64,000 nt of DNA from Gemmatimonadales bacterium (GCA_041577295.1 JBFGJG010000019.1:1-64000), one strand, 5' to 3'. Shown: positions 47,061 through 57,891, numbered from the stretch's first letter. Numbers and translations: made by a program. The notes: generated from the sequence alone by a model not told the origin.

Positions 47061-48874
47061 GAACCCCCGAGCAACACCTCGAGCTTTTGGGCACGCAAGA
47101 TCGACTCCTCGAGCGCCTCGATGAGTCGATTCCGCTCTCGGATCAGTGTTGTCTCGGCGAACTGATACCGATCAGTTCCTCGCGGTTCCTCCCTGAGAAT
47201 GCTGGCGGGAGCCAGCCCCGGTAGCATACCCAGACTCACGCCAGGATCGGGGTGGTACGGATCCGACGGGGAGTAGAGCACCCGGTGCAGCGGCCGGAGC
47301 AGATCTACCAGCGCCACGTCCAGCTGTTCATCGGCGACCGGCGGAACCTTCGCATGAATCCGCTCGATGAGTTGCGCGAGGTCTTGTTGCCGACGCGTCG
47401 CCTCACTGAGGTCGAGGCGTCCACCCGATTCGTGTTCCCGTTGGCGAATGAGGTCACCCAAGCCAGCGAGTTCAGCCCGCAGATCGAGTGGCAGCATCGG
47501 TGCGGCTAGCAACTCGGAGAGCGCGTCGACATAGAGCTCGGTATCGGTCTCGAGGACCGTAAAGTCGACCTTGTCAAAGGTGTCTTCCGGTGTGTGCCAC
47601 CACCAATAGCCTCCGTCCTCCGCGAGCCGCGTGTGGTGAATCTGAAAGAGCGGTAACCCAATCCCGTTGAAGGACTGGTCGGAATTGCGTCCCGGCCGGC
47701 CTGGATCGATGCGGTTGCCGGTCGCCCGCTGAATGACGCGCTGCGCCAGCGGTGCCAGTGAAGATGTGGTCGACGCAGCGAACCGCTTGGCGCCCATTTG
47801 CCCCACGCCGTCGATGTTGACATACGCGATGCCCCGGTCGCGCAGCTCCTGAAAGAAATGATCCGCAAACCAAGTCGAACCGGCATATCTAGCGTTGCTA
47901 TGTCCGGGCCACCAGGCGACGACGAGCCCCCGGCGGAGACGGTGACGCTCGCGTTCAAAGGCGCGCGCCAATTCCACCATGGCGGCGTTCGAAGCCCCCT
48001 CGTCCGTCCCACCGCGATACCACGCGTCGATATGTCCACCGAGCAAGACATACGGTGCTGCGTTCGCATCGGGTGGGTCGACCCGGGCGACTGCCAGACG
48101 GAGCGGTTTCCACCCGGTGCGCACCTGGACGGTCAAGCGGACGCGCACCGGTCCCGTTGCCAGCCACTCGCGCAGGCGTGCTCCTGCACTTCGCGTAATC
48201 TGCGCGACGGGGATATCTGGCAGCCGATGCGCGTTGCGCAGCGACGGGATTCCCCACGTCGACGTGACGATGAGATCGTTGAGACGTTCCTCCGGATTCA
48301 CGAAGACTACGCCGGCGGCGCCGAGCTCGGCGAGTACCGTGGTGGGCACGTTGCGCGGGAGGCCGTCGACCATGGCGATGGCACCTGTGAGGTTTGGGTC
48401 GCTCGGTCCCACCGGCAGGACCAGGCGTTCGCCGGTGCCGGTCTCGAGCGCGGGCAGATCGTCCAAAGATCCGAGGTCCACCAGCGCCGCTTCCAATCGA
48501 TCCGCCGAAGCGGAGAACGACGCGGTAATCGCCCGCGGGGTGAAGTCGTGCCCGACGACTTCTAGCTGCGCCGCAAAGGGGTCGCTGGCATAGGCGAGAA
48601 ACTCGTGGACGTCGACGCGAATCCCTTCGGCCCGCAACGTCTCCACGATGTAGTCGATCGCCGCATTTTCTCCAAGACTGCCGGACGGGCGCTCATGCGC
48701 CACGATCGCCCGCGTGTGCCGCTCTAACCTGGTCGGTGTGATGTGTTGCCGAGCGGCCAGCGAGAGCAGGCGTACGGCAGGGTCCGGCTGTGCCTGCTGG
48801 GCGAGAGTTGGCGAGGCGGAGGCCGCCAGCAGTCCCAGCGTGATGGCGATAAAGGACTGTGATGCGGCAATCAT
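47057..48874 (-). CDS. Secreted M28 peptidase with PA domain
   Basis: 'GGHIDAW', 'TDEG', 'WPGHS..YAGSTW', 'WWHTPED'. Confidence 0.85.
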   Translation of the reverse strand: MIAASQSFIAITLGLLAASASPTLAQQAQPDPAVRLLSLAARQHITPTRLERHTRAIVAHERPSGSLGENAAIDYIVETLRAEGIRVDVHEFLAYASDPFAAQLEVVGHDFTPRAITASFSASADRLEAALVDLGSLDDLPALETGTGERLVLPVGPSDPNLTGAIAMVDGLPRNVPTTVLAELGAAGVVFVNPEERLNDLIVTSTWGIPSLRNAHRLPDIPVAQITRSAGARLREWLATGPVRVRLTVQVRTGWKPLRLAVARVDPPDANAAPYVLLGGHIDAWYRGGTDEGASNAAMVELARAFERERHRLRRGLVVAWWPGHSNARYAGSTWFADHFFQELRDRGIAYVNIDGVGQMGAKRFAASTTSSLAPLAQRVIQRATGNRIDPGRPGRNSDQSFNGIGLPLFQIHHTRLAEDGGYWWWHTPEDTFDKVDFTVLETDTELYVDALSELLAAPMLPLDLRAELAGLGDLIRQREHESGGRLDLSEATRRQQDLAQLIERIHAKVPPVADEQLDVALVDLLRPLHRVLYSPSDPYHPDPGVSLGMLPGLAPASILREEPRGTDRYQFAETTLIRERNRLIEALEESILRAQKLEVLLGGS

Positions 48875-50472
48875 TCTCGAGCAGGGAACGCTTCGCCGAT
48901 CGCGATGGCGGACCGCAAGCCGAGCGCTACGAAGGTGAGCGTGCCGTTGGCGCAACCGCCAGTCGGCATCGTCGGAGCGCCCACGACGAACAGATTTTCA
49001 TGGTCGTGGGTTCGCCCGTAACTGTCGCACACACTGGTAGCCGGATCGGATCCCATGCGGCAGCCGCCAGCAGGGTGGTCTTGAAACTCGTTCACGCCCA
49101 TCCACAGGATCTTCCCATTTCCGGCGCGTGCCATCTCGCCAAACAAGTCTCTGATGCGTTGCTCGGTATGGCCGCGAAGTGCGGCAGATGCTTCACCGTC
49201 CCGGAACTGCAGGCGGGGAAGCGGATCTCCCCACGGGGTGCGACGCGTCCTGTCCAGTGTTAACTCGCTGTTCCGCGCTGGAAGCACATCGTAGTACGCG
49301 CGTACCCGTGCTGTGCCACGACGCGTCCGTGCACGCCAATCGCGCATCATGGCGTCGCCCAACAGCAGATGACCGTCCTCATCTCGCAGCCTCGGTTGCT
49401 TGCCGAACGACGACTCCCAGATCCTGAGATCGTGGCGAATGTAGCGGTCGAGCGGACCCGGCCGCATGAACTTCTTCGTGACCAGGCTGTGCTGTGCGTT
49501 CATACCGGGATAAATGTCGAGCGGCAGATCGATGTAGGCACTCACGCTGCGGTGACCGTTCAGGTACTTGCCCACGAGCCCCGAACGGTTTGCGATTCCC
49601 TGAGGAACGCGATCCGATGCCGAAAGCAGCAGGAGATGCGCGCTCCACACATAGCCGCCAGCCACCACGAACGTCTTCGCGCGGAACTCTACTGGCTGAT
49701 CGGGCCGATCGCGATCGAGTGCTATGGCCCGTTCGATCCGGTCGCTGCCAGCTGCAAGCTCGAGACGCCGCACGACCGTGCGTGTGAGCAAGTCGACTTT
49801 TCCGGCAGCGCGCAGCGCGTTCCAAGTAAAATCGGGAGAGTACTTCGCCCCGATTGGGCAGATGGGCGAACACGTATCGTTGCGACAACAGGGGGGACGA
49901 CCGTCGTATGCGATGGAGTTCTTTGCGGACGGCTGGCTCCAGAACGGGATGCCAGCGCTCGCACCCCATGCGTCGAGCTGCTCAAGGTTGTAGGACAACG
50001 GGAGGGCGGGGAGCGGATACGGCTTGCCACGGGGATCCAACTCGGGCGGTCCCTGCGCTCCCGCGACGCCCATCCGTTCCTCAGCCTCTTGGAAGTAGGG
50101 ATCCAGGTCATCATAGGTCAGGGGCCAATCGGCACCTACGCCGTAGAGCGTCTCGACGCGAAAATCCTCCGGACTGAACCGGGGTGTCACACCTCCCCAG
50201 TGCATCGCGAGCCCTCCGACACACATGGACCGCGATTGGATTCCGTCCACTTCCATGCCGTCGATGTGATCGCTCGGCCATGGATTCTCCTCGTACTGCA
50301 CGAACCGCGCGCGACGCGCGGGGCGACGCTCCAACGGGACAACGTGGTCACCCGCCTCCACGACGACCATTCGGGCCACACGCTCCTTGGCGATCTTCTC
50401 CGCAAGCAGAGCGGCCGTGATGCCCGAGCCGATGATGCAGATGTCCGTCTCAACTACCCGCGGCCGTGTCAT
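48871..50472 (-). CDS. GMC-family oxidoreductase flavoprotein
   Basis: 'IIGSGITA', 'CCRNDTCSPICPIGAKY', 'HPAGGCRMG', 'ANGTLT'. Confidence 0.92.
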   Translation of the reverse strand: MTRPRVVETDICIIGSGITAALLAEKIAKERVARMVVVEAGDHVVPLERRPARRARFVQYEENPWPSDHIDGMEVDGIQSRSMCVGGLAMHWGGVTPRFSPEDFRVETLYGVGADWPLTYDDLDPYFQEAEERMGVAGAQGPPELDPRGKPYPLPALPLSYNLEQLDAWGASAGIPFWSQPSAKNSIAYDGRPPCCRNDTCSPICPIGAKYSPDFTWNALRAAGKVDLLTRTVVRRLELAAGSDRIERAIALDRDRPDQPVEFRAKTFVVAGGYVWSAHLLLLSASDRVPQGIANRSGLVGKYLNGHRSVSAYIDLPLDIYPGMNAQHSLVTKKFMRPGPLDRYIRHDLRIWESSFGKQPRLRDEDGHLLLGDAMMRDWRARTRRGTARVRAYYDVLPARNSELTLDRTRRTPWGDPLPRLQFRDGEASAALRGHTEQRIRDLFGEMARAGNGKILWMGVNEFQDHPAGGCRMGSDPATSVCDSYGRTHDHENLFVVGAPTMPTGGCANGTLTFVALGLRSAIAIGEAFPARE

Positions 50473-51062
50473 CGCCCACCTCCACCACCAAGCGGTTTTG
50501 GCTTGCTGGGCGCTTGATCGAGCGAACGACAGGTTTCCTTTCCGATGACGGCACGGTAGCAGAGGTCGGCTGCCTCCGGCGTACTGTAGAAGTAGGCGAG
50601 CAACCCCAGCGCGACGTGCGGTGCTGCAGTGGGGTGGGGGAGTCGTTCGTCGGAGACGAGGTTCTCGATCTCTTCGGTCACGAGACGCTGCCGGGCGACG
50701 AGAGAGGTGTCGGTGAACGCTTTCATCTCTTGCCGCCGTGCCGCCTCCTCCAGCGCCGTCAGCTGCGCCGTCCATTGCTCGGTTGGATCCTCCGGCAAAT
50801 GCTCGATCTTGCCTGTCCCGTAGCCGTGATCTCGTTCTGCGCCGGGCCGATAGGCCTGCAACCACCGATCGAACGCGGTGACCACGCGCTCAACTCCGTG
50901 CGATCCCAGCTCTGAGGGCAACACCACCTCACCGAGCGCCAGAAGGAGGCCGCGGTCGAAAATGGAGGTGAGAGGTTGTGTGCGTATGTTGCCCGCGAGC
51001 GACGCGGCGGGAACCGCACCCGCGACGGTCGCAACGAACTTTCTACGGTCGAACGGAGTCAT
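50469..51062 (-). CDS. Tat-exported GMC partner (gluconate 2-dehydrogenase subunit 3-like)
   Basis: 'FDRRKF' twin-Arg; 'EVVLP', 'YFYSTPE'; coupled to the GMC gene. Confidence 0.75.
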   Translation of the reverse strand: MTPFDRRKFVATVAGAVPAASLAGNIRTQPLTSIFDRGLLLALGEVVLPSELGSHGVERVVTAFDRWLQAYRPGAERDHGYGTGKIEHLPEDPTEQWTAQLTALEEAARRQEMKAFTDTSLVARQRLVTEEIENLVSDERLPHPTAAPHVALGLLAYFYSTPEAADLCYRAVIGKETCRSLDQAPSKPKPLGGGGGR

Positions 51063-51137
51063 TTTCTCTCCTGCCTCTTCTGACTCTGTGTCTCTCCTCT
51101 CGATCCCGCTGATCCCGCTGATTCTCGAGAGGCAGAT

Positions 51138-52343
51138 CTAATTCTTATAAACGTTCCCACCCCTCATCACAAACGCCACCCGCCTGAGCGCCGTGACGTC
51201 TTCCAACGGGTTGCCGTCGAGTGCAATGATATCGGCGGCCATCCCTGGTGCGATCGACCCAGTCTCGTTGTGGAGGCCAAGAGACCGGGCGGCCCGGCTG
51301 GTGGCTGAGACGATGGCGTCCATGGGATCCTGCCCGCCCTCCTGCACGCGGTAGATCAGCTCCTCGAAGTTGCGACCGTGCGATCCAGCCACCGCATCTG
51401 TGCCAAACACGATAGCGAGGTTGGGTGTTTGAAGTGCCTGCCGAAACACCGCGAGCGCCTTTGGCACCGCGCGCTCCATGGCGGCAAACCCTTCTTCGGT
51501 GTAGTTACCAACGCCCAAGAACTTGGCTTTGTTTTCGAAGTAGTTGCGAAAGATCAGCCCGATGTGTGGGTCATAATACGTTCCGGCTTGTGCCATCTGG
51601 AGAAGGGTCTCCCGGTCCAGCAGCGCTCCGTGCTCGATGACGGTACAACGCGCATTTACCGTTCGGCGCGCGCTTTCGGGACCGTGCGCGTGCACGGCAA
51701 TTCGCAGCCCCAAGCCCCGCGCCTCGTCACAGGCGGCGACGAGCTGTTCCTGCGTCATCGTTGGGCCACCGCCGTCACGAATGCTCTCTGACGCGAAGAG
51801 CTTGATCACCCGAGCGCCCTGTGCCTGTCGCTCCCGCACCACCACGCGGAGCTCATCCGGCGTACCCGATCGGGAGCCGAGCGGCGCAAGCGATGTGATG
51901 ACGCGGGGTCCCGGTAGCCCGTGTTCGATTGCTTTGGCAACCGGTCCCTCGACCGGTGAGCCGAGACTCTGCACCGTCGTGATGCCACCCAACAGCGTGC
52001 GATACGCGTTCTCCGCCGTGTGAAGCGCCGCGTGCGCGGACTCGGCATCGGCGTCGCCTGACGCGGTGTGGATGCGATTACCGTCATCAAAGTGCCACGA
52101 CAGGTGAACGTGCGTGTCGATTCCGCCTGGCATCACGGTGAACGCCGAGAGGTCGTACGTCGTTGTGCCCGTGCTTGCTTGCACGGCGACGATTTCCGAT
52201 CCGCGAATCACGACCGTTTGATCGGTGAGCACTCCGCCGCGGCCGTCCAACAGCATTCCAGCACGGATGGTCACTGGTGATTGCCCGAAGACAAGGCTGG
52301 ATGCGGAGAAGGTCAGGCAGACGGCGATTGCGGCTTGCCGCAT
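51138..52343 (-). CDS. Secreted amidohydrolase (Xaa-Pro dipeptidase-like)
   Basis: 'PGGIDTHVH', 'AVHAHG', 'IEHG', 'FGTDA'. Confidence 0.9.
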   Translation of the reverse strand: MRQAAIAVCLTFSASSLVFGQSPVTIRAGMLLDGRGGVLTDQTVVIRGSEIVAVQASTGTTTYDLSAFTVMPGGIDTHVHLSWHFDDGNRIHTASGDADAESAHAALHTAENAYRTLLGGITTVQSLGSPVEGPVAKAIEHGLPGPRVITSLAPLGSRSGTPDELRVVVRERQAQGARVIKLFASESIRDGGGPTMTQEQLVAACDEARGLGLRIAVHAHGPESARRTVNARCTVIEHGALLDRETLLQMAQAGTYYDPHIGLIFRNYFENKAKFLGVGNYTEEGFAAMERAVPKALAVFRQALQTPNLAIVFGTDAVAGSHGRNFEELIYRVQEGGQDPMDAIVSATSRAARSLGLHNETGSIAPGMAADIIALDGNPLEDVTALRRVAFVMRGGNVYKN

Positions 52344-52504
52344 GACGATGCCCCGTTGTGTGGAAGGTCCTGCATATGGTGGCGTAACAAAGTGGCCTGC
52401 GGAAGGGGCACGGCGGGAACCCTTCCCGCCGGGAATCGGTAGTAATAATCTCGGAGAGCGGCTCCTTCCCGCGTGCCGCCTACCTTCAACCGCCAGCTTG
52501 CCTC

Positions 52505-52930
52505 ATGACACGGATACTCCGCCTGTATCGACTCGTGTCCTTCAGCGCACTCGCCACGGCGTTCGTCGCGTGTGGTTCCGGTCCAGTCGAAATGAGTGGC
52601 CCCGGTACCCTCCTGGGGACGTTGCACTCGCCCAATGGACCCGAGGGTGCGGCCGTAATCGATCTGGTAGGCCCAGGGCTTGGGCTCCTTCGGGTCGAAA
52701 GTGGGCTCGCGTTTACCAGCGTGTCAGGTGATGTCACGCGCGCCGTCATCCTGCGCGACCGGCCGGGCGTGATTGAGTTTACGCTCGAGGTACCCGATCG
52801 CGGCTCGCCTCCGGCCGTGAATCTCATCGAGGTGGCAGGCGGAGACGATCAGTTGCGGTCCTCACTCCAGGAGTATGCGGTCCGCTTCGCAGCCGTCCCG
52901 TCGTCTCCAGAGCGTGCGGCATCGCGATGA
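52505..52930 (+). CDS. Hypothetical lipoprotein
   Basis: FVAC lipobox; ATGA overlap with the M6 gene. Confidence 0.7.
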   Translation: MTRILRLYRLVSFSALATAFVACGSGPVEMSGPGTLLGTLHSPNGPEGAAVIDLVGPGLGLLRVESGLAFTSVSGDVTRAVILRDRPGVIEFTLEVPDRGSPPAVNLIEVAGGDDQLRSSLQEYAVRFAAVPSSPERAASR

Positions 52931-54552
52931 CGAACGTCCGCCTGTACACCCGGCTTGCTGTTCTGACAGTCAGTGTCTTACCACTGAGGCTGCTCGCCGC
53001 GCAGGACATCGAGGTGACTTCACAGGTCACCGGGGTTCCACTTCCGCCAGCGTACTTTGAGCGTATCGCGAGGCAACCGAACGCATTCGAGATCGAGGAG
53101 GGGTGGATCGCACGTGCTGCGCAGATGCGCGCGTCCGGGCAGGCGGTGACGGGCACGCTGCCGGTGGTAGTGATTCTCGCGTTGTTCTCCGATTCGCGAG
53201 AACCGTCCATCTCGCACACTGATGTACAGCAGGCGCTGTTCGACGGCCCAACACCCAACGGCACTTTGACCGATTTCTACCGCGAGGCGTCGGGCGGGTT
53301 GCTCACGGTGTCCGGTCAGGCGCTGCCCTGGGTGCGCACGCAGATCACCCTGGCGGAGACGGTTGGAAACAACTTCGGGTTGGGCGGATCGCAGACCGGG
53401 GTGTATCTCACCCAGGCGCTCCAGATGGTCGATCCCGGCACCGACTTTGGCGAGTTCGACAACGACGGTCCCGACGGTATCCCCAACAGCGGGGACGACG
53501 ATGGGTTTGCGGACGCCGTGGCGTTTCAGTTTCTCGAACCGGCAGCTTCCTGTCCGGGTCCTGGCATCTGGCCACATCGATCGAGCCTCGCCGCATGGAA
53601 CGGGGAGCCGTTCGCGACCAATGATCTCCGCCCGAGTGGCGATCCCGTTTTCGTCAACGGGTACATCATTCAGAGCACAGTCGATTGTGGCGGCACCGAG
53701 ATCCAGAACGCCGGCACGATCGCCCACGAGATGGGACACGTGCTCGGGTTGCCTGATCTGTACGACAATATCGAAGGGATCCTCCCGGAGAACCGTTTTT
53801 GGGTGGTGGGGTGCTGGTCGCTCATGGCCGCTGGGGCATGGGGCTGTGGCACCACGCAAGATCGCACCCTGGTGCGAAGGCCCCCGCACATCGGCGCGTG
53901 GGAAAAGGTCCGCTTGGGGTGGGTCACCCCAGATTCGATCACCGCTACGACGGACTCCACTATCCTGCTGCAACCGATTCGCACGACTGGACAGTTGCTC
54001 AAAGTCCAACTTTCACAAACGGAATACCTCTTGGTCGAGTACCGCGACAAGCAAGGGTTCGATCAGGACCTCCCCTCGGCGGGGGTGCTCGTGTACCGGG
54101 TGGACGACAAGCGCTTACTGAGACCGTGTCGCTCGTGCCCGCGTCTCTATCACGTGCAGTTGGTAGAGGCAGACGGGAACGAAGGGCTGGTGCGCAACAT
54201 GCCACGGGGAGGGAATCGGGGTGAGGCGGGTGATGTGTTTGGGACGCAGGTCAACAGATTCACCAATGCCACCATTCCCTCGACCCGATTGACCACTGGT
54301 GCGGTGACCGCAGTGGCGTTTCACCGGATCGTGGTGGAAGACGGACACGCACGAGTCGAATTGTCCACCAGCGATCTCGAGGCTGCACGCCTCGTTGGGG
54401 TATTGCTCGGAACTGGGCAACTCACGGACGACGAGCTGGCGTTCCTCGACAGGGTGGGTAACGCGAACGGCCGATACGACGTCGGCGACCTCAGGCGTTA
54501 CCTCCGGGACCATCCGGCGGCGCGGTCAAGCGCACAGGCGTCATCGCCATGA
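52927..54552 (+). CDS. M6 (immune inhibitor A) family metalloprotease
   Basis: 'HEMGHVLGLPDLYD', 'WSLMA.G', 'FDNDGPDG.PNSGDDDG'. Confidence 0.9.
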   Translation: MTNVRLYTRLAVLTVSVLPLRLLAAQDIEVTSQVTGVPLPPAYFERIARQPNAFEIEEGWIARAAQMRASGQAVTGTLPVVVILALFSDSREPSISHTDVQQALFDGPTPNGTLTDFYREASGGLLTVSGQALPWVRTQITLAETVGNNFGLGGSQTGVYLTQALQMVDPGTDFGEFDNDGPDGIPNSGDDDGFADAVAFQFLEPAASCPGPGIWPHRSSLAAWNGEPFATNDLRPSGDPVFVNGYIIQSTVDCGGTEIQNAGTIAHEMGHVLGLPDLYDNIEGILPENRFWVVGCWSLMAAGAWGCGTTQDRTLVRRPPHIGAWEKVRLGWVTPDSITATTDSTILLQPIRTTGQLLKVQLSQTEYLLVEYRDKQGFDQDLPSAGVLVYRVDDKRLLRPCRSCPRLYHVQLVEADGNEGLVRNMPRGGNRGEAGDVFGTQVNRFTNATIPSTRLTTGAVTAVAFHRIVVEDGHARVELSTSDLEAARLVGVLLGTGQLTDDELAFLDRVGNANGRYDVGDLRRYLRDHPAARSSAQASSP

Positions 54553-55550
54553 GAGGTCTGGTCGTGCCCGCAATCGCCGTCGTGGTGCTGAGTGGTTGTT
54601 CGGATGCCACGATGCCGGGCGGGGTGCCGTCGCTTGTGTTCGTGTCCACGCGTGACGGCGATGAAGAGATCTACTTCGTCCACGAAACGGGTGCGCTACG
54701 CAACATCAGCAAGCACCCCGCTAGGGACTGGTCGCCGGTATGGTCACCGGACGGATGGCGGCTGGCGTTTGTCAGCGATCGGAACGGCAACGCCGACATC
54801 TACGTCGCCAGCTTTTTCACACCCACGCCAAAGCTGGTCAACGTCAGCCGGCACGACGCAGCTGACGTCGAGCCCGCCTGGGCGCCGGACGGTTCCCGGT
54901 TGGCGTTTACCAGCTACCGTGATGGGGATGGTGAGATCTACCTGGTGAATCCCGATGGCAGCGCGTTGCGGAATCTCACGCAAGATCCAGCGCCAGATAC
55001 GCAGCCGGCGTGGTCACCCGACGGCTCGCGCATCGCGTTCACCAGCGCCCGAGGATCGCGGAGCGACATCTTCAGCATAGACGTCACCCGGGGCGAGGTG
55101 CGCCGACTCACGGGAAGCGCCGAAGGCGACAGCTACGGACCCTCATGGTCCCCCACCGGTACGTTCGTGCTGTTCACCACGCTGCAAGATTCCCGAACCG
55201 ACGTCATGATGGTCCAGTCGGACGCGACGGCACTGCAGAATCTCTCGCTGCATGCAGCGTTCGACGAGAACCCCACCTGGTCACCCGAAGGGTCACAGAT
55301 CGCCTTCGAGAGCCTCCGTGATCTCGGGTGGGACATCTTCGTGTTACGGGGTGACGGGACGCTACTCAACATCACCGCGGGGCCTGGCTTTGAGAGTGCA
55401 CCCGTCTGGTCGCCCGATGGCATGCGCATCGCCTTCGAAAGCAACCGTAATGGCAATTGGGATGTCTTCATTGCCAACGCGGACGGTACCGGTGTCATCC
55501 TCGTCGACGATAGTCCGGCCAACGAATCGTCGGTGACCTGGAGGCCCTAG
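54549..55550 (+). CDS. TolB-like PD40 beta-propeller lipoprotein
   Basis: LSGC lipobox; repeated 'P.WSPDG..IAF.S.R'. Confidence 0.9.
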   Translation: MRGLVVPAIAVVVLSGCSDATMPGGVPSLVFVSTRDGDEEIYFVHETGALRNISKHPARDWSPVWSPDGWRLAFVSDRNGNADIYVASFFTPTPKLVNVSRHDAADVEPAWAPDGSRLAFTSYRDGDGEIYLVNPDGSALRNLTQDPAPDTQPAWSPDGSRIAFTSARGSRSDIFSIDVTRGEVRRLTGSAEGDSYGPSWSPTGTFVLFTTLQDSRTDVMMVQSDATALQNLSLHAAFDENPTWSPEGSQIAFESLRDLGWDIFVLRGDGTLLNITAGPGFESAPVWSPDGMRIAFESNRNGNWDVFIANADGTGVILVDDSPANESSVTWRP

Positions 55551-55631
55551 GAGCCGTCCTTCCGTCCTTCCATCCTTCATCCTAGAATTCATCTCCGCTG
55601 ACCTCAATCGCGCGCCTAACGGAGGCTCCTC

Positions 55632-57095
55632 ATGCGCACGCGGCACTTCTCACACATCGTCATCGCTTCGCTGCTCACTCTGCTCGTCGCCTCTGGTGCA
55701 AACGCCCAAACAACGCCCACGGAGCGTGCAGCAGCTCGCGACGTCATACGACAGATCGAGGATCTCCAGAATCGGCTCAAGCCCACGGAGAACGGTCAGC
55801 GCATGGCTCTCAAGCGGGACGCGGACAGAGACCGTCTGTTTTCGCGCATCGATGAGTTGTGGGTGGGCGGCATGCGGGACCTGAGCGATTACATCGGTCA
55901 GAATCCCGAGGTCGGATGGCAGGAGTACAAATCGGTGGACACGCTCACGGCCGTGCTTCGCAGTTACGGGTTCGCAATCGAGACGGGGCAGGCGGATCTC
56001 GAGACCGCATTCGTCGGCGCGTGGGACTCACCGGCTGGAACGAACGGCCCCACCCTCGGCATCATCGTGGAATATGACGCCCTCCGCAGTACCACTGAAC
56101 CGTTCCACGGGTGCCAGCACAACGCGCAGAGTCCCGTTGGTTTTGCCACAGCCATCGCGTTGTCGGAGTACATGAATGATAGACGCGTACCAGGCCGTAT
56201 ACGCGTATACGGCACGCCGGCCGAGGAGATGGGACCGCCAGCGAAAACCATCATGTGGGAAGCGGGTGTGTTCGACGGGGTCGACATCCTCGTGCGAAGT
56301 CACGGCTCCGGCGAGACCTCGCGTAACCGCGCCGGCTTTGGAGTCTGTTGCCTCAACATCAACGAGGTGAAGTACATCTTCAAAGGAAAATCAGCCCACC
56401 AGCGCGCATCGTGGCACGGACGCAACGCGCTCACAGCCGCGGTGATGTTCTACTCTGCGGTCGACGCGCTCCGACCTACGTTTCGTCCCGAGGCGTCGAT
56501 TCAAGGTGTCATTCCCGAGGGAGGCGTTGCGCCAAACGTCGTGCCCGATCGCGCGGTGGTTGACTACTACATCCGCTACCCAGACGAAGTGTATTTGGCG
56601 CACATCGACTCGATGATGACGAACGCGGCGCGTGGTGCCGCACAGGCTACCGGCACCGAAGTCGAGATCGAGCGCTACGGGGAGTACCGCGACGGCATTA
56701 CCCTCGGTACGCTCGAAGAGTTGGCATTCGCGTACGCCGAGGCATTGGACGCACCGGAGATCAACCCCGAACCGCAAAGGCCGGCCGGCTATGAGGAGAC
56801 TGGGTTCCTCACGCGAGATATCCCGGGTGTGGGCGTGAGCGTGTTCAGCTCACCGGCGGCGGGCCACACCATCGAGCGCTGGCTCGATTCGATGAAGCCG
56901 GTGGGGCATACCGGATTTCTGCTCGATGCCAAGATCATGACGGCCGTGCTCTATCACTTTCTCACGGATGCCCGCTTCCGCGATGCGGTGGCACAAGAGC
57001 ATCGCACGATGGCTGCGCTGTTCGATGAGTACCTCGAGCGGCTGCGAGAGACGTACGCAGACGAGATTGGGAGGCCGCCAGTTGGGAGCCGTTGA
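55632..57095 (+). CDS. Secreted M20 amidohydrolase (AbgB/PM20D2-like)
   Basis: 'EYDAL', 'HGCQHN', 'GTPAEE', 'APNVVP'. Confidence 0.88.
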   Translation: MRTRHFSHIVIASLLTLLVASGANAQTTPTERAAARDVIRQIEDLQNRLKPTENGQRMALKRDADRDRLFSRIDELWVGGMRDLSDYIGQNPEVGWQEYKSVDTLTAVLRSYGFAIETGQADLETAFVGAWDSPAGTNGPTLGIIVEYDALRSTTEPFHGCQHNAQSPVGFATAIALSEYMNDRRVPGRIRVYGTPAEEMGPPAKTIMWEAGVFDGVDILVRSHGSGETSRNRAGFGVCCLNINEVKYIFKGKSAHQRASWHGRNALTAAVMFYSAVDALRPTFRPEASIQGVIPEGGVAPNVVPDRAVVDYYIRYPDEVYLAHIDSMMTNAARGAAQATGTEVEIERYGEYRDGITLGTLEELAFAYAEALDAPEINPEPQRPAGYEETGFLTRDIPGVGVSVFSSPAAGHTIERWLDSMKPVGHTGFLLDAKIMTAVLYHFLTDARFRDAVAQEHRTMAALFDEYLERLRETYADEIGRPPVGSR

Positions 57096-57326
57096 TTGCT
57101 GACTGCTGATTGCTCTGTGTTGTTTTGTAGAGTGTTGAGTGTTGGCTGAGAACGGAAGGTAACTGGTGGTGCGGTTCGTCCTCCGTGCTTCAACCCTCTG
57201 TTCCATTTCATCTTTGCGCCCTACCACCTCCGAGCGAAGGTTCACCACTATTTCACCCCGCTTTCACATGGCGATCGAGAGTCTATGAATGGACGGCTAT
57301 GAAAGCGTCGTGTTGGTGGAGGTTAG

Positions 57327-57647
57327 ATGGTTGGGGTCCTCATTATCCTCGCTGCGCTCCTGCTGATGGGAGCTGGCATTTTCGTCATGTTGCCAGCGGT
57401 CGGGGGCGGTTTGGTCGGCCATCGGGAAATCCAACTGGACGTGTGGTGCCCGGTTACGCGGAGGATCCAGCACCTCGACCTCGTGCTGGACTCGGAGGAT
57501 CGGCTTTCGAAGTTGCGCCGGTGTGACTGGTTTGCCGGGGGACCACCATTCTGCGGCCACCCCTGTCTCGTCCAGCTCCGTCCGACGACCGTCCGTAAAC
57601 GGTCAAGCCATCAACGACCTCTACTACAGCCTCACGCGCCGAACTGA
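57327..57647 (+). CDS. Small membrane-anchored four-Cys protein
   Basis: GGAGG RBS, N-terminal TM, 'WCP..RRCDW..CGHPC'. Confidence 0.6.
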   Translation: MVGVLIILAALLLMGAGIFVMLPAVGGGLVGHREIQLDVWCPVTRRIQHLDLVLDSEDRLSKLRRCDWFAGGPPFCGHPCLVQLRPTTVRKRSSHQRPLLQPHAPN

Positions 57648-57792
57648 GCGGCGCATCAGCCCCAACCGCTTCTCACCTGGATAGTGGACAGAGGATGGCA
57701 CGGCGCGCGCGCCTGCGCGGTGTGTCGTTTTGGCGTAGACTGTATGGTCGCCAAACTGCAGCATGCGTGGCTCTGCCTGTCCGCCGGTCCTA

Positions 57793-57809
57793 ATCCCGCC
57801 AATCCCGCC
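57793..57809. repeat. Left arm of 17-bp inverted repeat (ATCCCGCCAATCCCGCC)
   Basis: Exact reverse complement of 59638-59654. Confidence 0.8.
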
Positions 57810-57891
57810 CCTCAACAGTAGATTGTACCGTCTCCACCACGAGCAAGGCGCCGTGAGCACCGTGTCCCCTCCATCGCTCCAAGGTCGTGCA

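Noticed and set aside
57096..57300. Structured ncRNA in the lower-GC intergenic region
   Set aside because: No convincing stems or known family motif; only microrepeats
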